This document shows, piece after piece, positions 1-64,000 of a DNA stretch of 64,000 nucleotides; positions within the stretch are counted from its first letter, which is position 1, and each line of letters begins with the position of its first letter. The stretch lies in contig NC_092676.1 in NCBI RefSeq assembly GCF_964355755.1, positions 29,158,871 to 29,222,870 on the forward strand, in the 5' to 3' direction. This DNA is from Antedon mediterranea (Eukaryota; Animalia; Echinodermata). The translations under genes were made by a program, and so were the position numbers. The notes under the pieces are model-generated. The model was given only the letters and a program-made list of their open reading frames with translations. It searched no databases and was not told the origin of the DNA.

Positions 1-689
1 TGTGTCTTTTCGTGCGCGCGTTTAGTTGGTCTCTTAACAAATACAGTATTAACACATTTCAATTCTGTAATATTATTTCTCATTAAATATATTGGTAAAC
101 GTTTTAATATGATCAGAGAAGAGTTAACTCTTCCCTGATATTATAAACATAAACACATTCTCAATATTTCTTTGCCAATTCACATCATATACTGTATTTT
201 ATAAACGCCTATATTGTATATACATTCATACATATATAGTAAACACAAATAAATTAAATATTTAATATTTATTTAATACACTCTTTGTTTTAAAATGTTA
301 TTTTTAATCCTAAATTTTCATCAAAAGGAATAGTAATTGCATTGCATTTTATGTAATTCATAAACAAAAAATTAATTCTATTTTTCAACAACCGTGCGTA
401 TAGTAGACAAATGATATAGCATTGTAATTGCACATAAACTATTTAACACATATTAAATATCTATTTAATATTTTATACAATAATAAATGAATATAATAAT
501 TATTTAATAAAGTATTTTTTCAAGTGGATTTACGCGTCACAGACTTTGGTATAAAATAACGTTTTTGTTAGATCATAAATCATCTTAAATATATAGCAAT
601 AATAAAAATAATTCTGTAATTACATCTGTGTTCAGTACATTAAGATATTCTTATATAACGACTACATGGCCAAGAAATTAATTTACATT

Positions 690-1078
690 AGGGGTCTTTC
701 GATTTGCGACGACGTAGGACCTACGACGTTATATTAAGCAGGATTCCCACTAGAAACGCACGAAAGGACGTACGCGCAACGCAAGCGAGTTGACCAATAA
801 CAAGCCACTGTAATAATCCATCGCTTGTGATTGGTCAAATCACTTATACGTTGCGTCACGTCCTTGTGTTGCGTCGCTAGTGGGAAGCAAGCTTTAATCA
901 TTTGTACGCAAGGTATGCGTTTGGTTTTGCAAATTTTGTTTGTAAGTCGTCAGACTTAATTTCTAAGTCCATGGGGCGACACTGATTCTGTATCACACAC
1001 ACATACGCATTCGAATCTGTTTCGAATGCACGGCGGCCGTAGTCGTAGTCATGGGTCGTCGCAAATCGAAAGCTCCCT
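690..1078. mobile_element. Non-autonomous TIR element (family C) hosting a nested family B MITE
   Basis: 24-bp TIR AGGGGTCTTTCGATTTGCGACGAC / GTCGTCGCAAATCGAAAGCTCCCT with 2 mismatches; TSD readable as TA or ATT. Confidence 0.8.
736..894. mobile_element. Palindromic MITE family B
   Basis: AAGC..TTCCCACTAG...CTAGTGGGAA..GCTT arms; related copies at 1365, 2355, 10907. Confidence 0.85.
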
Positions 1079-1364
1079 ATTATTTTTTCAGAACAAAACT
1101 ACTCAGAAAAGCTACAAATTATTGACACCATCGCAAAAACATTCTAAAGTTTAACTCTACTCAAAATTCCTTCTGATAATTTGAATATACTGATTGTATA
1201 ATATAAATTATAAATACGTTTAAAGAATGTTAGGATATATACAAAAAGGTATAAAGTTGAAATAAATATTTGTTATTGCTACTAAAAAGTAGCATTTATA
1301 GACCCTGCGATGCAACTAAAAAAAGATTACAATATTTGTATGATCAACAGTTTGTTTAAAAATA

Positions 1365-1521
1365 AAGCTTGCTTCCCAATTGGACGCAACACTAATGACG
1401 TAAGAGTAACGCACGGTGAGTTTGGTAGCCAATCAGATCACGACACAATATATCATCTGAATTGTTGCTTGTTATTGGTCAACTCACTTGCTTTTTGCGT
1501 ACGCCCTTTCGCGCTGCGTTT
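1365..1521. mobile_element. MITE family B, degenerate
   Basis: AAGCTTGCTTCCCA start and ATTGGTCAACTCACTTGC arm. Confidence 0.65.
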
Positions 1522-1561
1522 ATAATGAAATAAAAAGTATTTCACTAATATTTTACGACTA

Positions 1562-1686
1562 AAGCTCTGTCTACTCTATCAAACTGTATGTGACAAAAAA
1601 TGTGATATGCCCATATATGGACATGTCATATTTGGGTATATCACATTTTTTTTTTCAAAAGGTTTGATAGTGTAAAGACAGGGCTT
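1562..1686. mobile_element. Palindromic MITE family A
   Basis: TIR close to AAGCTCTGTCTACACTATCAAACT at both ends, TA flanks. Confidence 0.85.
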
Positions 1687-2354
1687 TAGGATTTGGTGGT
1701 ATTTTGTCGTTTTGGTATTTTGATTCATTTGAGTAGTTTACAGTGTTTTCAATGCCAACAAAGTATATTTCAAAGACACTATTTTATTTTGTGGTATAGT
1801 TTTAAATACAAAAATTGAGATACTTTAAAAACTATTAAACAATACTACAATTGTAATAAATATAAATAATCTAATAAAGATGATGAATACTATATCTTAA
1901 AAGCTCACAATAAACAATAATAATTTTCAATAATTTTTTTCATTTTCTGAAATACAATGAAATCACACACCTAAATAAAACACAAAACGAATCTATCCAC
2001 AAAATAATAAAACAGATTTGTGTCTTTTGTACAGAAAGGAGTCTTAAAATTTACATGATAAAATATCGAAATATGAGTTAAAATCTTAAATGATATCAAG
2101 ATACTAAATATTTAAAATCTGAAATATTTTGTATGTACACATATACAGTTATAGCATATCCATTTAATAAACATAAATTGACTTTTAAACTTTTTAAATT
2201 AGTTTTATATAATTATATACTGTTACATAGCTTTAACATTGTGGCTAGCAGTACACATACTGTAGTAGCCCCAATGATGACATTTTGGAGAAAGTACTAG
2301 GGTTTAAAATGATACTAGCACAGTGTTGTTTTGGAGAAAATGAACTTATTATTA

Positions 2355-2579
2355 AAGCTTGGTTCCCACTAGCGACACAACAAAGGACGTAACGCAGCGC
2401 AAGCGATTTGACCAATTACAGGCGATGAATTATTTGAGACACAATGCAAGGACGTACGAGCAAAGCAAGTGAGTTGACCAATGACAAGCCACTGTTTGAA
2501 TAGTCCATCGCTTGTGATTGGTCAAATCACTTACATTGTGTTACGTCCTTGCGTTGTGTCGCTAGTGGGAACCAAGATT
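2355..2579. mobile_element. MITE family B with internal arm duplication
   Basis: AAGCTTGGTTCCCACTAGCGACAC...GTGTCGCTAGTGGGAACCAAG. Confidence 0.88.
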
Positions 2580-2628
2580 TAGCATCGACCATGGTAAGCC
2601 TCCCCCCCCCCCCCCTTCTAAAGCAGTA

Positions 2629-2694
2629 AAGCTCTGTCTACAATCAAATCCTATGCGACAAAAAAATGTGATATCACTACCATATTTGGGCACA
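2629..2694. mobile_element. MITE family A, partial
   Basis: Left TIR plus CATATTTGGGCAC core. Confidence 0.7.
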
Positions 2695-3597
2695 CACAGT
2701 ACTGTACATATGGTAGTAGTGAGAGTAAATACAGTATAATGTTACTGCTGCCACAATATCAAATCTATTGATTCTGAATTCATACACGAAAATTGCCATA
2801 CTCCTTGAGCAGTTTCATGGAAGAGTATTATAACAATAGTTTGATCATTTTTTAAAGAATTCTATCAATCGCTTCATATTTGTGAATGTTACAATTACAA
2901 GAGGAAGCTGATATTAATTTGAGGTAAATGTTTCTAAACAACTTCTACATAAAATTTGAAGTTTGGTTTACAAAATTGTCTACATTTTTTTTCACACTAC
3001 CATTTAAACAGGAGGTAGGAACCAGACAGAAACCTATTCTTGCAACACCTCATCAATCCACAAGATAATTTAAATATATCTAATCAAAACAAGACAGACA
3101 ATAGCTTGGGAAAGTGTATCACTTTGTTTAACTAAAAGCACGGATGGCGAAGATTAATGAATACAACCAATGGTCAAATATCCTACATTGTTTCCTTGCA
3201 ATAACTAACTGTAAAGGAAATGTTTTTAAATTAAAATGATCGTAACATATTTTTAAAACATTTGTTCATGTATTATTAGATAATCCTGTTTCACAAGATC
3301 ATGATAATTAATGTGCTCTCTGAGAGCACGTTAGCAAGAATTAACATGAACTAAGAAGATTATGTTATATTAACTTCTTGTGAACAACTACTCATTAACA
3401 TTTTGTTTATGTTTTCCTGTTTGTATATATTGCTCATTATGGCAAAATAATGTCCAAAACACCTAAAACATGATTATTTGATGTGATATCATGTATTTTA
3501 CCTACAATAAATCATACATCATCTTTATTCACAATGATTATCTCCATTCTAATCATTGTCATTTTATCAGTACATCTCAAAGTATCTAAATATGCCT

Positions 3598-3752
3598 AGT
3601 ATCATAGACAATACCACGATATAGCACCACATGTGCTTCACATGTCACAGCATAGTATTATAGACAATAACGTAACTTTTAACCTAACCTTACATAATAC
3701 ATCACATGTGATACACATGAGATGCTGTATCATGGTATTTTTCTATGATACT
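3598..3752. mobile_element. Foldback element / MITE with about 48-bp imperfect TIR
   Basis: AGTATCATAGACAATACCACGATATAGCA... mirrored by ...TGCTGTATCATGGTATTTTTCTATGATACT; internal AACCTAACCT. Confidence 0.7.
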
Positions 3753-4752
3753 GACAAGACAAACAAACCGGGCCAAAGTTTTCGGAAGGTGTAGTTTTTG
3801 GGAAAGAAATACAGAAAAATGTAATTATATTAAATGATTTAAAGGTATAATATAATATACTGTATGTACAATGTATACACACAAGACAATGAATTAATGT
3901 TGTATGTTAATTAAAATAAAATTATAAGTATTTTTAGCTTCCATAGAGTATATTACAATATAAATACAATCTATATATAAAATAACAAAATTAATAAATA
4001 CAGATAAAAAAAAAGTTTCCTATTGTAGAAAATTAATTTTTAAAAAAAGAAATAGATTAAAAAAAGAAAGATTAAAACTAATTTTAACGGAATAGCACCG
4101 ATGAACATTTATAGGAAATAGCACAGAATAACAACACCGGATGCTCCTGATTGGACGTTTTCAGGATAGTGAGGGAATACTTCAAACATCTTAATGAAAG
4201 TCAAAATCTTTCTTTGAGCACTGTTACATTCCTCTATAGTAGACAAAGTAAACAAAGTTTCACGAGTTTTATCAGGACACTTTTTGTAGTCAGATTAGGG
4301 AAACTTAATCTTTTATTTGCAATTACCTTTAAAAAACAAACATTGGATTTCTTTTGTGAAGCAGTATTATTAAGTTATTGCAATTAAAAGAAACTTCAAA
4401 GCATCTAAAATTTATTATTGCTACTTAAAAAAAAATTTATCGTACAAAACATATAAAATAAGTAGTGGTGGAGAAACTGGAATTAAATTACCAACAATTT
4501 AAAGAAGAAAATTGAGTTGAAATAGTGCTTCTTATGGCATTTTGACCCATTGCTAGCACATTACCTTCTGGTTACAGGGAACATATTCTTTTCTGAATAA
4601 CCTATCTGCTTTACAATAACACTTATTATTCATATACTACAGTGAGAGACCTTTTCTGATTATTCTACAACATTTAGCAGCTAACAGCCCTGAATTCATA
4701 CATATTGCATCGTGTAGCTGTTAGCCAAACAGTTTTGATCAATTCAATGGCG

Positions 4753-59222
<54,470 letters not shown>

Positions 59223-60034
59223 ATTTCCAACTTTAAGTGACAATAATCACTACAATATCATAATAAATGCATCAAAAACATCAACTCTGTTGACAAATAA
59301 ATTCCATTTAACAATCAACTCTGGAAACAACTCCATTCATCGCGTATTATTATTACCCGCTTGATAATTCATAAACTCATTAACATTTTTTAGACTAGGA
59401 GGGCGCCCTCAATACATTTTTAGACTAAGTACTTGAGATCACAACACAACACTCGAATATTAGTAACGAAGATTTTGTTTACACTGGAAACGGAGGCCTA
59501 TTATCTAAATTTTGTAAATATAATTTCACTTATGAGTTGAAGAAATGTTCAATAATCAATAATAAGAAAGTAAGGTTCTAAACTAACATTTTCTAGGCTA
59601 TATAGGCCTAGTATATTATAGCTTATTCTTGTGACTTGTTCAGGCAGGGCAGAAGAGGGAGGGAGAGTGGAGGGAGTAGACGGGGCCGGGGGAAGGGTCG
59701 GTGGTGATGGTGGTTGTAGGCCTACCTAGAGTGTGAAGTGACACAGAATAGTTAGTATTGCACTTTATTAGTCTTTAGTAATCCATGTTGTATTAATTGA
59801 GTTTAAAATGTTATTAATTTATCTGTATATATATTAATTATTATTAAATTAAAAATATTTAAAACAATATTTAGGTATAGTAAGGCCTATAATAAAAATA
59901 AGTTATTTTATTGTTATTAATGAAGAAAATTGTTGTTTTATTTTTCATTTGTTGTAATTTAGGCAATGTGTGAAATGATAAATCTTGCATATATCTGACC
60001 AAATAAGAGGACACCTTCCTTAGGGTTAGCAGTG
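59223..60034. promoter_or_regulatory. Shared divergent promoter / 5' UTR region of BRSK and LRRIQ1-like
   Basis: 812 bp between divergent ATGs; palindrome GAGGGCGCCCTC 59399-59410, TGTTTAC 59476-59482, G-rich tract about 59645-59715, candidate plus-strand UTR intron 59570-59962. Confidence 0.65.
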
Positions 60035-60178
60035 ATGAGTATGAAAGAATCTGTACAGGAGGAGCCGCCCTCAGGAGAAGACGATGGTTGGATTGAAGAT
60101 GAAATACAACGTGAATTAGATGCGCTTGATGTAAACAACCTTGAAGAAGATGATGATGAAGAAAACATAATTAGTGAT
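60035..60178 (+). CDS. LRRIQ1: LRRIQ1-like coding exon 1
   Basis: MSMKESVQEEPPSGEDDGWIEDEIQRELDALDVNNLEEDDDEENIISD; start could be 60041. Confidence 0.8.
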
Positions 60179-63100
60179 GTAATTATTGAGATAATAAAAC
60201 AACTTAATTAATTTGATTTGTAATTTAGTATTTAAAGTTAGAAATAATTTTTTGTAGATGATGTTTTGTCTTTTGTTGACTCATCCCACTTTATTTAATT
60301 TTGATGTACACATTATTAAAATATATACAAGTCTATTTCGTGCCTAGCTTACCTGGATAAACCAACATTGGACTATTCTCTCCGAGAAGAGAGCTACAAC
60401 TCGAATATACAAAATTTATGATGATGTATTGTTAGTTTGAAAATAATTGATATCTAATGTGATACCACTTTATTAGGATGATGTTATAGATGAGGATGTT
60501 CCAGACACTGTGTCAAATTACTTGCTCCGAGTTCAGAGCAGAACAGAAGGTTTCACTAAGGAACTTGAAGAATGTGATCAGATATTGCAAGATACCTCAG
60601 GTAAAACATTTTTTAATAGATGAATTCAATGAGTGCTTTTACATTGTTACTACTATAAATACTGTAGCTTATATAATTATTATATTACTGAATGAGGAAT
60701 ATTTAGTTTACAAAAATCTAGGAAATGATGGCTGATCTTATAATTACTAAAGCTCTGTTTACACTATCAAACTACTATAAAAAGTGTGATGTGCCCAAAT
60801 ATGGTAGTTATATCATAATGTGGTTGAATAAATATAACGATATGACATCATCATGTCCATATATGGGCATATCACTTTTTTTTTCACATAAAGTTTGATA
60901 GAGTAAACAAGAGCTTTTATTGTTAAAAGTAATACAAATGTGTATTTTCAATTTAATGATGACAAAGAAATTATTTTTTTCCTCAATAGTTTTAGAAAAA
61001 AATGAAGATTTTTATTACAAATCTAAAGAGTTAAATGAACTAGCATTCATTCTTGGGGAAGACCCAGAAGAGCTTCGTGATCGGGTAAGTTTTTAGTTAT
61101 TTGAAAACAAGATTTAATTAAAGAAAATTTATTGGAACTTTAAACGCAATGCTTTTACATTCTTTGCCATTATTTTTGTTTTTAATGAAATCCATTTTTA
61201 TTTTTTCACAGGTAATAAGTGAACTTGAAAATGAAGATGCTGTGGATGTCAAAATTACAAAGCAGGGGGAGGGAGATGCAAATCTTCAACAGCAAAAAGA
61301 TTATGACATTACAGAAGGTAAAAAGCAATTTTAATACTTTATTTAACTTTTGTCAATTTAATCCACTAACTGCATCAGAAATTTATGGCAACTTTAGCGA
61401 AGTTTAAGAGTTCCATTTTGTTTCAGAAAATGGTAAAATAGCAGTAATAGTTGAGGCAGACATTTTGGAACAGGCAGCTCAGAAACAGATAATTGAGCTA
61501 GAAGAAAAGCACAGAGCTAGGAGCATGGTTGCAGCGAAAGAACGTGAGCTCCACCTTCAGACAGAAGCTCGTAGAGAACAGGAATTATATAATACTAGAC
61601 AACGGGTTATGAAAGAGAATGCAAAGAAAGAACAAGAAATGATTCAAGCTAGAAATGTAAGGCTTTCTTAATTAATATCATGTCATGAATTAATTATTTA
61701 TTGTAATATAAGTTGCTTTAAAAGAAGAAAAATGACAACCATGAGACACTGGCCTAAGAAGTTCTGAAATTCTATCTTTTGAACTGTATAGTCTTCAAAA
61801 TTTAGGAGTACAGTGGGGAGGTGAGCCTTAAATCCGCCTATGATGACTGTACGTTTTAGTTTACTATTCAGACAAGTATCAACCTATTTATGATTTAATA
61901 TACTGTTTAGGTTGAGCAAGAAAAAATAAAACAAGAACTACACGAAGAAAGCAAGAAAATGGAAGCGTCACTTCAGCAATACAAAGAAGAGATACAGGAC
62001 TTCACAAAAAAGATGGAAGAAGAGAAGAAAGTCTTTGACGAAGAACTTTTACTTAGGAAAGCTCAGAAGGAAAAAATGGAAAAAAAAGCAGCTATTCTTA
62101 TCCAATCCGTCTTCAGGTCTTATAGGTAGGTAACAACTGCCATCAAAAACATTGCTTTGTGTTTATATGTTTTAAATTGTATCTTGTATTATTGTTGTCT
62201 ATTTCGTGCCTAGCTTACCTGGATAAACCGACAATAGTCCTTTCACATCAAAGAGCGAGATATAACTCGAAAAGTAGAAATTTTCATTGAAAACCCCTCT
62301 CCACAAATGGTATAGTCCATGAGCTATGCCCTCAGGATTCCCACAAACCTTTTATTTTATTCCCCAGTTTGAAAATGTATTTCCTTTGTTTTAATACTTT
62401 CCAAATTGACAAATAAATATTATCAGTGATCAGTATTCTGTAATATAAATCATACTACAAATGTTTTATGTATTTTTAAAAAAACTGTTTACTTACAGAA
62501 CAAGAAAACCATACCTGAAACGTATGCATAAAATGCTTGAAGAATTGAAAGAAAAAAGAGAACAGGATAGACAGTGTGAGATTCTTACTGAAAGAAGGAA
62601 GGAAGAACAAAAGAAAAAGAAAGAAATTATGGAAAAGAAACGTAAGCAGGAGGAAGAAAGGTATGAGTGTCAGTAAGCATTTATTTCAGTATGATGTGCC
62701 CATATATGGACATGATGATGTCATATCACTGCCATATTTGTGCATATCACTACCATTTTTGGGCACAACACTTTTTTTTGTCAAACTAGTTTGATAGTGT
62801 AGACAGAGCTTATAATGTTGTTGTATGTATTGGAAAACTTTCTTATATTTCTTTTCAGGAAGCAAAAGGAAGAACAACTTAAGAAAGAAGAAGAAGAAAG
62901 AAAAGAAGCAGAAAGAAAAAGAATAGAAAAGGAGAAAAAAGAAAGGCTTGAGAAGGAACGAATTGAACAAGAAAGACTTGAAAGTGAACGACTAAAAATG
63001 GAAGAAGAGGAAAAGGCAAGATTAGAACTAGAAAAGAGAGAAAAGGAGATTCTTGCTAAAATAAAAGCAGAAAATGAAAAGTCTAAAGAAGAAGCAAAAG

Positions 63101-63932
63101 AAAAGCAAAAAGAGCAAATAAATTCATTTAACAAACATGAAGAAAGTAGTGAAATTAAAGATGAAGAGTGCTCAAATGAATGCAATAGAGACAGGGAAGA
63201 AAAAGATAGTTCCAAAATGAAGCTAGATGTTGTAGAGGCTGTGACCTTAACTAAAAAAAACATTGATAAAGAATTTAGTCAGAAAGTACCAACTAGTGAT
63301 ATTTCTCCAGAATCACTAAATAAACTTCCAATCAAAACCCTTGAAACATCTTTCAAAGATATTATGGTAGCAAATTGTAAGGAATTATCACCTATAGATA
63401 ACATTGAAGAAAAACCAACTGTTGTGCAATCTAGTAATAGTAGTTCCTCTAAAGACACATCAGAGGGACTCTCCAAAAAAGCTGAAGAAACCTTTTCTAA
63501 TGTTAACAGTTTAGTTGAAAATAACAATGATGAAATACCTAGCAATGATTTGTCACATTTGTCTGGTGCTACTAATGGTTTGGAGAATGTGACTTCTGTA
63601 AAAGGATTACCAGAATTAAACTTACTGTCACCTCTTCCAGAAGCTCTTGAAGCAAAGAGGTTACAGTGGATTCAGACTTGTGTTCCCTTCAGGTAAAAAA
63701 TATTGCTTTTGTCTAGATAATTTGAATTGTTAGCGCTGCTTTACAAGTGATTGCCATAAACTAAATGTTTATTTATTTGCGTCAATATAGTAAAATTCAA
63801 AGTCAGTTAAAGGGTTCTAATCAGAAGATAGTTCAACGCCAGAAGAGACGGCCAGCATCTGCGAAAAAACTTCAACCACTCACAAAAGAGCAGATACTAG
63901 CATCTTCTTCACTACAGACATCATTAGCTGAG
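60035..63932 (+). CDS. LRRIQ1: Leucine-rich repeat and IQ domain-containing protein 1-like, 5' part (9 coding exons, continues past window)
   Basis: Exons 60035-60178, 60477-60600, 60990-61084, 61212-61317, 61427-61656, 61911-62125, 62499-62660, 62859-63692, 63791-63932 sum to 2052 nt in one frame with GT-AG introns. Acidic N-terminus EDEIQRELDAL, long E/K coiled coil, IQ motif AAILIQSVFRSYRTRK and LEAKRLQWIQTCVPF resemble LRRIQ1 as recalled; the LRRs lie beyond the window. Confidence 0.82.
60331..60405 (-). mobile_element. Short dispersed repeat family F (probable SINE/LINE 3' end)
   Basis: GTTGGTTTATCCAGGTAAGCTAGGCACGAAATAGAC; other copies about 26732-26782 (-), 27525-27558 (+), 29788-29853 (+), 29905-29947 (+), 62197-62270 (-). 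Confidence 0.7.
60477..60600 (+). CDS. LRRIQ1: LRRIQ1-like coding exon 2
   Basis: DDVIDEDVPDTVSNYLLRVQSRTEGFTKELEECDQILQDTS. Confidence 0.85.
60750..60916. mobile_element. MITE family A
   Basis: Both TIRs, in LRRIQ1-like intron. Confidence 0.83.
60990..61084 (+). CDS. LRRIQ1: LRRIQ1-like coding exon 3
   Basis: LEKNEDFYYKSKELNELAFILGEDPEELRDR; alternative in-frame acceptor at 60996. Confidence 0.82.
61212..61317 (+). CDS. LRRIQ1: LRRIQ1-like coding exon 4
   Basis: VISELENEDAVDVKITKQGEGDANLQQQKDYDITE. Confidence 0.85.
61427..61656 (+). CDS. LRRIQ1: LRRIQ1-like coding exon 5
   Basis: NGKIAVIVEADILEQAAQKQ...EMIQARN, coiled coil. Confidence 0.87.
61911..62125 (+). CDS. LRRIQ1: LRRIQ1-like coding exon 6 (IQ motif)
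   Basis: VEQEKIKQ...EKKAAILIQSVFRSY-R. Confidence 0.88.
62499..62660 (+). CDS. LRRIQ1: LRRIQ1-like coding exon 7
   Basis: TRKPYLKRMHKMLEELKEKR...RKQEEE-R. Confidence 0.87.
62691..62811. mobile_element. MITE family A, left TIR missing
   Basis: Core plus right TIR AGTTTGATAGTGTAGACAGAGCTT. Confidence 0.83.
62859..63692 (+). CDS. LRRIQ1: LRRIQ1-like coding exon 8
   Basis: Core of ORF 62815-63696; KQKEEQLKKEEEE...LPEALEAKRLQWIQTCVPF. Confidence 0.9.
63791..63932 (+). CDS. LRRIQ1: LRRIQ1-like coding exon 9
   Basis: KIQSQLKGSNQKIVQRQKRRPASAKKLQPLTKEQILASSSLQTSLAE, donor GTAAGT. Confidence 0.85.
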
Positions 63933-64000
63933 GTAAGTTAAAAAGTTGCAGCTTTCTCAAAATATACATCATTCATGTGCTACTGTGAATGTAATAATCC

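Noticed and set aside
62686-63545. Minus-strand F/S/L-rich ORFs
   Set aside because: Antisense shadows of the E/K-rich LRRIQ1-like exon 8

Overview
AT-rich eukaryotic (metazoan) genomic DNA; an invertebrate deuterostome such as an echinoderm is my guess, by inference only. Two head-to-head spliced genes were reconstructed by hand. (1) A complete 16-exon BR serine/threonine (SAD/BRSK1/2-type) kinase gene on the minus strand, CDS 59222 down to 4753, 2004 nt, 667 aa, all introns GT-AG with consistent phases. (2) The first 9 coding exons (684 codons) of an LRRIQ1-like gene on the plus strand from 60035, running off the window end. The introns are packed with repeats: an 8.9 kb (CTA)n tract in BRSK intron 1, about 10 unrelated minisatellites (one built from a tRNA-like SINE head), about 17 copies of one palindromic MITE family plus other foldback elements, tRNA-derived SINEs, a Helentron-type non-autonomous element and a decayed CR1/L2-like LINE. 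The best leads are the giant trinucleotide tract and its flanks, TA-to-TACAGTA/TACTGTA insertions that look like Tc1/mariner excision footprints, an apparent exon-proximal bias of the main MITE, and a dispersed repeat carrying a CAG|GTAAG site that is mostly antisense to its host gene. No prokaryotic system or CRISPR array is present, and I cannot claim a proven new biological system. All homology calls are from recalled family motifs, not searches.
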